Below, in pieces: positions 10,854 through 21,961 of a stretch of 28,214 nt of DNA; position 1 is the first letter of the stretch, and every line of letters begins with the position of its first letter. The position numbers and the translations under genes were made by a program. A model generated the notes under the pieces. It was not told the origin of the DNA and made no database searches. It saw only the letters and a list, made by a program, of their open reading frames with translations. The DNA comes from Wallemia ichthyophaga EXF-994 (taxonomy: Eukaryota > Fungi > Basidiomycota), in the NCBI RefSeq assembly GCF_000400465.1, contig NW_008806305.1, forward strand, positions 1-28,214, written 5' to 3'.

Positions 10854-13456
10854 TCATACTACAGAGAAAGCTTTGGAGTGCCAAGTATCACCCTCGCCAA
10901 CTTTGTTTTCATACTTGGCCTGGAGATTAATCCATCCTTGCGAATGACCAGCATCAATAAGTTGCGAGTTACGGTTGGCGACTACTCTAAAGTGCGATTG
11001 AGTGGGTGGGTTTTGAGTAGCACCAATAGGGCCATCCGCAGCACTCTCAGATGATTCCTTCTTGCCTCTAAACTTGTCACTGATTATGCTGGTTCTGCTA
11101 GTTTCACCCTTCTTCCCGCCCTTCACCTCACTCGTCGCCTCCTCCTTCCTTGCCTCCTTAGTCGCCTCCATCTCGCGACGAATCTCAACCAATTTGTTGT
11201 TAAGCGTAGTGAGGCCACTACGCGTACCATCTTCAATCGCTTTAGTAATCTGCTTCCTGATGAGCGACATAAGCAGAGGTTTGACAGTCTTGTACAGCAG
11301 GTCATGCTTGGAATCGCGTATCTTAAATTTCAGTTTACCGACACTGGCCTTGACAGATTTTACAGTGAATATGTTCTCGTTGTCACTGTCAACACGCAGC
11401 ATAACAGTCACCGAAACACCCTTCCCGCCCAAAAACACATCTGCCAAGCCTGCATCGTTCAACTTAGGGAAACCCTTATGTCTGTTGATGTAGAAGGCTA
11501 TATCACGCAAATCGCACTGAATCTGTCCTAACTCAATCTCGATGTCGTGATGATGTTCATTGGACGTAGTATCGTATGGTGAAAATTTGAGCTGGTTATA
11601 CGCTTCGAATGTTATATAGTTTGGCAAAAGATTCTTACCCTGAAGCACTAAATTCTCAATGACAACATCTATTGCTGGATCACTGTATTCTATTCGCGGG
11701 ATGGGTACCGCGCCGATCTGCTCAACAACAGGTGGAACAATCTTGTCACGCACGTCTGCCCACAATTCACTCTTGAAGGTCCATTTGCCGCTTTCATTGA
11801 AAAAGAGATCACGGAAGAGCTTGTTTATGTCACTGCCCAACTTCTTGTTAAGAGGATCTTTGCCCATCGCGATGAAAAAGTCAGCAATAGTGGCGAATAG
11901 CTCATTCTTAATTTGAGCTTTGTATTTGCTGGTGAAGATAGTTCTTGCAGTTTCACCGATTCTTTCTCCATCCCTGATCACTTCCTCGCTCAGGACATAA
12001 CCAGGTTCAAGGAAGATACGTCGGACATACGCAACAAAATGGTCGAGCCACTCCGATTTCTGCTTATCATTTACTGCCATTTTGATGAATCTGTCAAATG
12101 ACTCGAAAATTGGTGAGGCGGAGTTGTTATTAGCGAAGCGCTCCAATACCACTCTCAAATCCTCAGCAGCAGATCTAAATTCAGGATCAGATAAGATAGA
12201 GCTCGCTGCTTGCTGTTCTCCGCCACCTGCTTTCATAAGACCGCCTTTGTAGATTTCGAACTCTGCAAAGAAAAACTCAAACGCCTCTTTCCAGTCTTTG
12301 TGCTTCTGGTTCTCGTATACCACTTTCTTGAGCCTGTTGATATAGCTTGCGCGGCGCTCCTCTGGAAATATTTCTTCGAGATGCTTCTTAGTCCTATTGA
12401 AACTGTCTTGAGCTTTATCGCGATGTTGAGGAGGGATGTTCTTCTCGTTACCCTCAATGGTGCTCCTATTTTGTGATTGTGTCATACCTTCTGGATTCTG
12501 TTCTTCCAATGCGTTCTGCACCCCTTGTTGCAGATCGCCATCGCTCTGGTCGACCTTGACGGATGAGTTCTGAGCTCGTGTTATTGAATCTTTCTCACGT
12601 TCAAGTGCAGCTTTTTTCACATTCTCTGCATTGTCGTGACCTTCTTCGGCTGCCTTCTTTCCTTTCTTCAGCTTGGGTAGATTATATTGTGGAGTTTGGT
12701 CAGCGCCAACGATAGAGCCATCGTTGTTTTTCCACCCTTCAGGAGCAGTCTCGTCGAGTTTGTTTATCTGTTCAGCGGGTGGACGTGCCATATTTGCTGC
12801 ATTAGCTGCAGCGTCTGCGAAGAGATCAAAACCAAGTATTTTACTGTCAGTTAACAATTTTCTGATCTCAGAGTTGGTGGCAATGAGTGTAAAGATGGTA
12901 CGTAGATGGTGCAGTGCTTTGCATAGTTAGATGTTTGTCTTTATATTCCACTGACTCACCCTTATCGTTTCCTTCCTTGCTGCCTTTGGGAAATGTTGAT
13001 TTATCGAGGTTGGCTTTTTCTGAAACATGTTTTTTGTCGCGTGTCTTGTAAAGGAATTGCTGGAGACGCTCATCTTTATTCTTCTGCTGAACAATATCGT
13101 TTGCCTTTTTTGTGTGAGTGTGATTCACCGCTTTAATCGCAACCCACCGTATTAAATACAGCTCGCGTGTCATTGACTAGAATTTTCCCATCGTCACTCA
13201 AGACATTTATATCAAATGGAGCGTGTGAAGAAGCGTATTTGAGTGTTTGTTGGATTTGATCATTTGAAGGCAGTAGACCACTCTTCAGCGCTGTAATTAC
13301 TGAATACAATCTCATCTTCCTATCAACATCTGCGAGCTTTTAGTTGTGTGTACAACGAAACATATACCTCGATTTACCTTGATATACACGCTGACTGTCA
13401 TAAACCTCTGCTACTGCATCGCTGTCTGGATTCTCGTTGATTTCGTTGTGTGGCAT
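10854..13456 (-). CDS. Conserved fungal DUF4449/HAM1-like protein (BPI-like C-terminal region), about 822 aa, 4 exons
   Basis: Exons 13378-13456, 13148-13329, 12960-13104, 10854-12916; introns 48, 43, 43 nt. Family-typical segments: DVDRKMRLYSVITALKSGLLPSNDQIQQTL, LHHLRTIFTLIATNSEIRKLLTD, RLKKVVYENQKH, PIPRIEYSDPAIDVVIENLVL..NLLP, QIQCDLRDIAFYINRHKGFPKLNDAGLADVFLGGKG, HDLLY. Family assignment is from recognition, not a database search. Confidence 0.82.
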
Positions 13457-13598
13457 GATTCTTAGTGATCGTTCTTGATCAACAGTGGGAACCTTCCTTT
13501 CACATACATTCCTGAAACTCCACAAAAGTCAGAAAATTATCACATTTAATTTCAATTATAATCATATATCTTCTTTACAATGGCCTTCGAGCTAGTTA

Positions 13599-14950
13599 TC
13601 ATATTACACCCCTTGTCTTAATCTTCATGACGTCATCAACGATGCGCACTACTGTACTTTCACCCAAATTATATCTGCTGAGGTGGTTGCGATAAGGTTC
13701 TTGAATTTCCTCCAGAAATTTTTCAACCGAGCTTTCTAAAGACGTACATAAATAACTCCAATTCGGAAACCATAAATGCACACTCTTCAAGATGTGGTAG
13801 TGTTTCGGGGTTAGGTTAGGTTAGCGTCATTATTTTATACTTCAGTGACATTAGTGAGTAAACTTTGCTGCCGCTCAACATAACTCCTTTGCCTGCAGAA
13901 ATTAAATGATTCAAATTTTCCTGAAGATTCATTCAGTTTATCTTTACATCCATTGTGTCTTCATCAAGCCCATTGTCTCGCAAATCAATCTTATTGGAAT
14001 AGTGCAAGGATTTAATTTGTGGACAGCATTTCAACATCGTTTCCACTGTCGAAGTACTATCACAAAAAGGATAAGTTGTAAAGCCATGTGAGGCTTTTTA
14101 ATGGGTTGCAGTTATATTAAAAGGGCCAACGTAAAACATTTCGATACCTTCCAGCTTATATTGCAAGTACGGATTGAATCTATCAAAGTCCAGCGTTATG
14201 TTACCTATAACCAAATTACGAGCTCTCAGTGTTTCTGGTATCTTTTTCATGTAATCTGAATTTTCGCACTCTTGAAAATTAAAAAAAGGGTATCACAAGA
14301 TGAGAATTTTGAGGTCTCTCTCCAGCAATGTTCATGATCCTTTAAATTGGTCAAGTAAATTGAAGGCTACGTTTACTTTATTTCAATATTCTACCTTTGC
14401 GCGCTGGATGTCATAGCCACTCGCGCAGATTGTCCATCATTGAAAACTCGTCAAAATTTAAATCGAAAACGCCAATCATAAAACACTGTTAGTGGGTTAG
14501 AGTAGTGTCGTGAATAAATCTGACTCACGAGGATAATCATAAGTCCATATCGCCACTTTTCGTTAATTAGAAGCAACTTAAGGACTTGTTCTTTATAATT
14601 AGTACAGGAGCAGCTGGGATCCAATTTTGCTCTCATCACAAAAAACGATGATCTCTTTTTTAACAATAATCATATCGAGCGGTATGTTTGCAAAGTTTAT
14701 TTTGCCGATCTAGCTTGCTAAGTGTTTGTCGTTGTGATAGAGGTATTCCCAACTGCACGAGAATGATAGGGGTCAAGGTATGTAACGTTTCCATCTTCAA
14801 ATATCTCTTACATTCCGAAAATTTTTCTCGTTAGATTGGAATCTTTCTCGTAGGGCCTGCCCTCCGTCCAAATGCATCGGCAGCCATGTCGCAGTGTCAA
14901 CACGATAATCTAATCAATCTCGGCAATAAAATCTTGCTGTTTACCGAAGG
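13599..14950 (-). pseudogene. Decayed F-box/LRR(RNI)-like gene
   Basis: From 14335 to 13599 one protein-like frame of about 245 codons is recoverable by fixing a T7 run (14281-14287) and a CTAAC expansion (13810-13824), leaving two stops (14098-14100, possibly intronic; 13933-13935). It contains MLKCCPQIKSL. Upstream fragments NFANIPLDMII and VLKLLLINEKWRY resemble the F-box start and end. Canonical 43-nt GTGAGT..CTAAC..CAG and 59-nt GTAAGA..CAG introns are present. Confidence 0.45.
13810..13824 (+). repeat. (GTTAG)3 telomere-like pentamer array preceded by GGG
   Basis: Read directly: ggggttaggttaggttag. Confidence 0.85.
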
Positions 14951-15309
14951 TACCAGTGAAATATTGCCTCCGTTTTTATCTCCCCTAACATAGCGAGCTT
15001 TCAATATTTATGTCGATTGTCGTACAGCCTTTATACCCAAGAATGCTAAGTTATTGATGCTTTGATCTAATGGTCAAACTTCCGTTCTCCTTAACTTCCA
15101 ATTATATCCACTGCGTCATTTCCCTCATTATTATTATCGCCGGATCCACAAATAATCACCAGAAAATAAAAGCAGGAAGAGAGATGCGGGAAAAGTGACT
15201 GTGCAATGTCTAGATTCCTGTAAACAACCTAATCGTAATAAGCCGATTTTGATTTTTTCAACCGATTTTCCATTTATGTTTCGATGAAATTGACTAAAAA
15301 AATTGAATC

Positions 15310-15765
15310 TCAAATGACATACTTGACGCGTTTGCATATCCTACCACGAACGTTTAACGCAAGACTACAACATACTGAATTGCAACTATGCCGAAAGCCA
15401 TCACTTCCTCTGCATTGACGAAATATGGCAAAAGGGACCAGCCCTATGATGATGAAGATGAGAAACGCCCAGGTGTAAGCATCTCCTTGCAGCTTTTTCA
15501 AATACCGGCCAACTAATCACGTAATGTTTGCAGGCCCCGAGGACACACCTACGGCAATCTTTGGAGTATGTTTCTGTTGTCCCACTTCTGACACTCTAAT
15601 GATCCACACAGGCTTGCAAAAAGACCAAACAGCGGTCTCGAATTTTGCTGTGACAATTATTGTGGCTTTTACGTGGACAAAGAAAAGGTCTGCTGAGTAT
15701 TCATTCAACAACATTCGCTCATTTACCACTTCAGCTGACAGCAACGCTAGTATCGGAGAAGTCTT
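15310..15765 (-). pseudogene. Possible relic of a single-pass membrane or secreted protein
   Basis: One frame KTSPILALLSAEVVN...GPANIT*LVGRYLKKLQGDAYTWAFLIFIIIGLVPFAIFRQC...CCS with a single internal TGA (15517-15519). It has a signal-like start lacking Met and a C-terminal hydrophobic segment. No family recognised. Confidence 0.25.
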
Positions 15766-15988
15766 TTAAGGCTTTCCAACGTAACTTGCAATATTACCAT
15801 AGCGTAAGCTTTTATCCAAATTAATCACCCAATTTAACACTGCAACAGGCTGGAAATGATTGTTGCTTCAATAAGGAGACCGCCGAAAGTTGCTATAAAT
15901 TTATCAGACCATACGATCCGTCCAACGTGCGTACTTGACATTATCCCAATTTCTGTTAACGCGGTTGCAGGAAAAAATCTTCTTGAAT

Positions 15989-16671
15989 ATGTCAAAAAAG
16001 GATCAAGGAAGCAAATCAGTCAGCAAGGCTCCACGGAGCTCGGACAATTCCGAAACATTTGTGCCTGCTTCATCTATTAAAAGGTTTTCCGCGGGCTGTA
16101 CTTTGAGAACGAGAAGCGCCAGCAAGAAGGACCGTCAATATCAACATAAAAACTTAGTGAAACAGCTACTGAGGAAACCGTCCTTAGAAGTGCCAGACTC
16201 GGACAGCCAGATGCACTCTACATCCAACAGCCCAACAGACAGACCTGAACATGGTAACATAGGTCCGGATGGTTTGCGTAGACCTAACGTAATGGAAATT
16301 CCTTACTTGATTGGACAAACCGAACTTCCACCTGTCTCCTTCGCTAATGTTCAGAGACCTGTTGAACGTAGTCTTGTTGGCCCAGTCCCTGCTAAGATCG
16401 CACCTAGCAGACTCTCCATCCCCATCAGGAAGCAAGACAAGGATAATCCATCTAGGCCAAGGCTTCTACAAGAGACACTCCCGCCGTTCGACTTAGGTAT
16501 CAATGGATACGGATATTTTCCCTGTCTAATCGATCCATCAATCACAGTCGCAAAGGGAACGAAAACCACCGATGTCTTTGCAGATGTAAGTCGTCTCTCG
16601 ACTTCAAGAAACACTTTCGTTCAATCAAAAACTAATTGGCCTTTTTGAAGAAGGCAATTAAAGATATTTAA
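15989..16671 (+). CDS. Orphan Ser/Pro/Arg-rich hypothetical protein (probably disordered)
   Basis: About 200 stop-free codons from MSKKDQG. A likely intron 16586-16650 (GTAAGT, ACTAAT branch) gives a final ...KAIKDI*; the unspliced ORF ends at 16648. No recognisable domain. Confidence 0.4.
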
Positions 16672-17799
16672 ATGAGATGTAAAATATATTGAACGTCTTT
16701 TCATAGCCCGGATCTGAAAGGCATAATTCAACGAATCTAAAACGGATCAACAAAATGAAGCGAGTGATAAAGCGAAACAAAATTTCATATATAATTTTGA
16801 CAACTTTAAGGAGGCTATCCCCGTTCGTGGCAGTGATGGTGACGAATAGAGGAACGAAGAAGGCAAATTGTCCAAGAAGGCAAGTCGATTAGTCCACTAG
16901 TAACCTCAGCAGCTTTATCAAAATCATATATCCTGTCCCACTCAGACTCGTCACCGCTAACTGCTGATCGCTGATCGCCGTATCATTGATGACGAAAGCG
17001 CTTCGTGAGTCGATATGAGAGACGAGCATCACTAGCGCGCTCAAAGGACGATAGGAAATGTAGAGCACTCATATCTGAGTTCAGAGCCGCAGCATAAGCA
17101 ACGAGAAGTGAGGATGTAGAGCTGCTACGGTGAGTGATATCATCGTGTCAGATATGTAAATGGGTGTTGTATAACTCAAAACATCAAGCCATACAAGCGA
17201 AATTCATTTTTGATTATCGACACTCGCATCGTGGCAAATTTACAGACAAATATACCGACATATTTTCTCGATTTCCCTCAGCAATGCTTGATTTTTAGCT
17301 GCAAATTGACCTGCGAATCAAGCAATAGCCAATGTCTTGTAGCTCAATTAGTATTGCCCACTACCATTCTTAATTAACCTTGTTTTAGATTAGCTTGCAT
17401 AACGACACACAAAACTTGAATCTGTACATAAGTGATAACATCATGTTCAATCATTATATAACAATGAAGCTTGTTTGCAAATTAAAGGGGCTTTATCTCT
17501 GACGGAGATATCAACTATCGAGTCGTTCTCGTGGCAGCATCCAGGCTATTGTATCATCATGGATAAGCTACTCTGACTCCTTATGATGACCTCTGTCATT
17601 CTGTAGAATTAGAGCTTTTAACTTTCTTTATCAACATTGTCAACACACGACTAAGCAGTAACTACTAAGTCGCATCCGAGTATTGGCCTTTGTGAAACGA
17701 GTTAAGCTAAGTGATAAATGTCACTCTTTCGCGAACAGAAACGCCGCTGCTCCATAATTACTTACTAATTACCAATTTTCACGTTTGAAACAAGTTACG

Positions 17800-19040
17800 A
17801 CGAGGCGATTGACGTTGGATGTTATCATAATAGTGAAATTTTTCTGAACGCTTTTGTCGGTTTAGATTTTCTGTAAATTGGAAGGTGAGATTAACGGGAA
17901 GAGGTGATATGCGGTTGAAAGTCTCTAAAGAAGATTTTCTTCTTTCAGAAATGCGGTAAGCTCATCATTGCCGATAGGCCTGCTTCCCGTAATCGAGCTC
18001 GTCCAAGCTCACCGACGCTGGGCTTAAGAGATGATGATTAAAAGGTCAAGTTGGGCATTTCTTTAGGATGTTGGAAGTGGGCGCATAACTGTTCTTGTTG
18101 ATGCTTGTCCGGGATGGAACCATTAAACCCAATGATCAAGATCAAAACTCGTTTGACGTTATCCGGGATCTTCAACGCAAATTTTGAGCTGTTGAGCTAA
18201 CGGCTAGTGATTTAAATCCATCCCTTATACAACGCAGTCAACTATGCAGCTGGTCGTATTATTACACAAAAATAATGATTATATACGGTAGCATTTACTT
18301 CTCTACTAAGAATCTACCCAATAAAATATCTCTTCAGCTTTAACAGTCTAGCTATACCCTATTGTGTCTCCATCGCCAAATTTTGTAAACATGCGCAACG
18401 TTACCAGCTCCCGAGACCAAACTTTTGGTGAAAATGACTCATATGAAAATCTTTCAACCATCGAAATAACACTCGCATCCGAGTAACACTCATGCGAAGA
18501 CACCCTCATCTCGCGTCAAATTAGCTAAAACAAACCTCCACGAGAAACCGGAGCACCAGGAAATGATGCAACGCCTTCAAACATGCCAACAGCTTGAGAA
18601 GCTTCGACATCTTTGAAACTATTATTCGGATTCATGACAAAGATGAAGAATGAGATAGTACAGCCACGCTGGTTTGATAACATAGTCGGTGCTTTAGACT
18701 GGCTCAGACAATTTTCAAATGGGGCCACGTCCACTAATCAGCTAAACTCCCAAGTGCGAGTGTAATTGCTGCAAGTTAATTCTCATTGTTTTTATAAATA
18801 ATCCAAACAACATGGTTTTGTTTGGTTAGGCTAGGTTATGTTTCAACTTTCACATGTGGTTAGGATTGACGCGTGCTTTAGAGTTCGTTGGTTCTCTTTT
18901 CTAATTTGTTCTTGACTCTTTTCTGTGGCTCAATGGAAGACCGTACTTAGCTGCACACACTACTCACGCCGAAGTGCCTTGAGGGAAGATTTTACTTTAT
19001 TGCCTTGTAATATTCCGAAATCTTTACGCGCTTTTCTGAA
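17800..19040 (-). pseudogene. Heavily decayed intron-containing gene, possibly a second F-box/LRR-like relic
   Basis: A canonical-looking 45-nt intron (GTGAGT...CACAG, about 18922-18966) joins two open fragments. ILKKCP/NLTF is recoverable with a 1-nt frameshift at about 18041-18069. Several 40-55 codon protein-like pieces. Boundaries are approximate. Confidence 0.25.
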
Positions 19041-19709
19041 TTATTGTTAAATTCATCTCACTCCCCCTTTCGCTTCTAACCATAGCTACCGCAGCAATAC
19101 AAATTCCTGAAACCATATTAGTGAAAGAGAGAACGTCAGCACAAGCGCATATAGAAAAAGACAATAACACGCAAAAAATTTGAGCAAGGTATTCAGTGCG
19201 ATTACTCTCTATTCGCACACAAAAACAGCGTTTTTCTATTACAGATTCAACCGTAATTTGACAAATACTAAACACACATGAAGTGAAATGTTTTGCCGGA
19301 TTTGTCGCTTAGGCTTGTGTTCAGAGTGCCTTCGCGATTGTTAGTGTTTTTAAAACTCCCATTTAATTAACTAGAAGCTGATTTGATCTTTTAGGGCCTC
19401 TGTCTACTTTGTTTTCTCAAGCCTGCATTTTGTATGCGAGAGATAGAGTGTCCAGCTTTGAAGAACTTCTGATATACTGCTCAATATCCTGTCGTTGAAT
19501 TTGTTAATACTGATACAGAAGTGGTCGACGGGCTTTTATGTATCTGCTGAACGCCTGACAATAATGTCGATGGTAATGTTTGTTAGATGTGAAAAAGAGA
19601 TTGCGAATACCTATAAATTTTAAATTCATTGATTTTTGGCAGTTTCGTTTGAAATATTCACAAACTTCTGCTATTCGCTCTCATAAGCTGGTAAAAATGC
19701 CTTGGTTTG

Positions 19710-20203
19710 TTAAACAAGCTCGGTCATGTACACATATTGAGCAGATATGTATAAAAGTATGCGCATAAGTGATAAAAACTCCAGTCTTGGGGTGGTATAC
19801 TCAATTTGCCAAACAGTCCAATGTGAAACTCTGATTATTCGCCGTCGGAAGTATACAGAGAGAAGTTTGACAATAACATTTACAGATGAAAGACTCTCGA
19901 TCATCAGAGCCTATAGCATGGCTTCGGAGACGTGTAAGATGATCCAACGGCACGAAGGCTCGTCCTGATACGATGTTACAGCGTCTTCGAAGTGTGAGGG
20001 GCATTTTGGGCTGCTAGCTGTATTCACTCACTGGATTTCTCCAGCCTTTCGTAGATATTTGGGAACTGCTGCGTGGTAGCGCCGGGTCTGAAGAAGATTC
20101 TAAAGTCCGAGGGATATCGTTTGTATGTCATTGGGATTTTCAGAAGATTGTGAGGGTGTGAGAGCGATTTAATGGAGGTGATCTTATAAACATAACGAGA
20201 AAA
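19710..20203 (-). pseudogene. Relic of an unknown protein-coding gene
   Basis: About 150 codons stay in frame across a 47-nt GTGAGT..AAG intron (19985-20031) with one internal TAG (19911-19913). Contains PRLEFLSL (LRR-like). No family recognised. Confidence 0.33.
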
Positions 20204-20466
20204 TCATTGAATTTGATTTGTCTCAGATGTGATGTGCGTATATTTAGGACTTGAGTTTCATTAACGCACTGCGTACCGCGCACCACGCACTAAACTAATA
20301 GGCCAACGGTATGACGCACATTCACACTGTCCGCTTATACGGGAATAAAGTGCGAAAGTGTATTTTAGTAGAAATGTGACAATTACAATACAATGATCCA
20401 TTTTCTATAATCTATAGTTTTTATTTTACAACATTCATTAGATAATCTATGAGATCGCTCATACTC

Positions 20467-21666
20467 CTAATCGTAAAGATACTTTGGCGGATCATTGCGC
20501 TTGCTTAATTCGAAATCATTCGGAGACACATAGAAACCCTCTTTTTCTACTCTTCCACTCCTACTCTTCCCAATCGGCGACACTATATCGTGAATTGACA
20601 TCGCAACGGCCTTTGCCTCCTCGTAGCTCTTGGTGCAATTGCAGCTCTCCTGTCTCTCCTTGCCTATACCAGCATACTTTCTCTCATCATTCTCGCAGAG
20701 GCGCTCCATTTTGACATGATCTTCATAACGTGGTAACAGAACTGAGTCAAACGATAGCAAACAGTGCGGTATTCTGACCGGGAGTGCTATCCTTGCCCTG
20801 TATACTAACGGATTGGAATGAGTGCTGTGCCAAATTTCAAGAACGAGCTTATGCGTCGATCTGATTGCGCAGTCTGTATAATCGCAATGACTGCCTCTTA
20901 TTACTGTGTCGTCTGGCAACCTAGCCAGGTATCTCGCCTTAATTGGATAAGTTTGGCTCAGACGGTCTGGCAAGATGTTCGAATTGAGTGTGTTAGTGCC
21001 TTGATTGAGTATAGCGACTGTTTTTGGAGGCAGCGTCTCCTTGTAATGCTGATCATTGCGAGAAAAGAGCATCGTAGCCTGCTCTACGCTTAGCCGTATA
21101 CCATGCACCCTCAAATCGGCTACAGCTTGTGGGAGGTGCATCTCCATTTCGATGACGCAACTCACAGTAAGATGCCTTGTATTGAAAGCCACCTCCACAG
21201 GCCCCAGGCCTTCTATCGATGACTGCACGCTTTCACCGAAGGGAATATATCCCCAGCCGATCGGATGAGCAGCGAAAAGGAGGTCGAGTTTGCGAGAGAG
21301 CGGGAGCGCTATCCATTCATTGAATATCACCGTCGCTTTAAGATATTGGAAGCAAGTGCCGTGCGAGTGCCTCTCATAGACGAATGTATTTGGAATGTAG
21401 AAGAAGAAGTCGAGCTCGTGCACGCCGGCGTCGAGCGTCTCTTCTCCGCAGATATTGAACCTCTCCGATAGCAACTCGTGCTTCTCCTTGCCTCTGCTCA
21501 GGTGCACTTCCTCGACGCACTTGAGATCGACGTCTATCGACTTGATGAATCTCTTGGTCGGGAGGTTGAGCGTCGCTATCCCAGCCAGCTCCTTCTCTGG
21601 CTCGTCTGGGCTGTGCGTAATGACATTGTGGGATCTCGGTAAATCTATGTGCAGTGTTGCTGGCAT
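20467..21666 (-). CDS. Alpha-arrestin-like (ART-type) ubiquitin-ligase adaptor, 399 aa, intronless
   Basis: Arrestin-N-like beta pattern (LAGIATLNLP..RFIKSIDVDL...TLDAGVHELDFFFYIP...YERHSHG...YLKATV), basidiomycete-type C-domain (RLPDD..IR.S...IRSTHKLVLEI...PVRIP.C), and PY motifs LPRY (20725-20736) and PPKY (20479-20490). Confidence 0.78.
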   Translation of the reverse strand: MPATLHIDLPRSHNVITHSPDEPEKELAGIATLNLPTKRFIKSIDVDLKCVEEVHLSRGKEKHELLSERFNICGEETLDAGVHELDFFFYIPNTFVYERHSHGTCFQYLKATVIFNEWIALPLSRKLDLLFAAHPIGWGYIPFGESVQSSIEGLGPVEVAFNTRHLTVSCVIEMEMHLPQAVADLRVHGIRLSVEQATMLFSRNDQHYKETLPPKTVAILNQGTNTLNSNILPDRLSQTYPIKARYLARLPDDTVIRGSHCDYTDCAIRSTHKLVLEIWHSTHSNPLVYRARIALPVRIPHCLLSFDSVLLPRYEDHVKMERLCENDERKYAGIGKERQESCNCTKSYEEAKAVAMSIHDIVSPIGKSRSGRVEKEGFYVSPNDFELSKRNDPPKYLYD

Positions 21667-21961
21667 CTCACTACATGGCGGTGTGGGAAAAGACGGTGAC
21701 CGCAGGAGACAGATGAATGAATTCTGATGTGAAAATCGCTGGTTGTGCTCTATTTGGATTTTGACTTACGAGCTGCTGCTCGGCAGGCACGCGATCACAA
21801 TATCACACCCTAACAGCAAGGTATTTGCACAAACACACAGTGGGCTAGCTATACACAACGAAAGGAAGCAGCTCAACACACAGTATTAAAATATTACAGC
21901 AAGTTTTAATAAGCTCCAAGTATTACGAGATCAACGATTGGTTAGCTTAGCGAGCTAGCAC

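Noticed and set aside
16730-17330. Apparent single frame with C-to-T-like stops suggesting RIP-like mutation
   Set aside because: About 7 stops in about 140 codons is what random sequence gives; no evidence above chance.
19048-19183. Plus-strand VKFISLPLSLLTIATAAIQIPE resembling a signal peptide
   Set aside because: No start codon, the frame closes after about 45 codons, and nothing supports it downstream.
19660-19960. Weak resemblance (IIRVSH, LPAYE) to the neighbouring arrestin C-domain, suggesting a decayed arrestin duplicate
   Set aside because: The matches are short, fall across stops and are not collinear enough to assert without an alignment.
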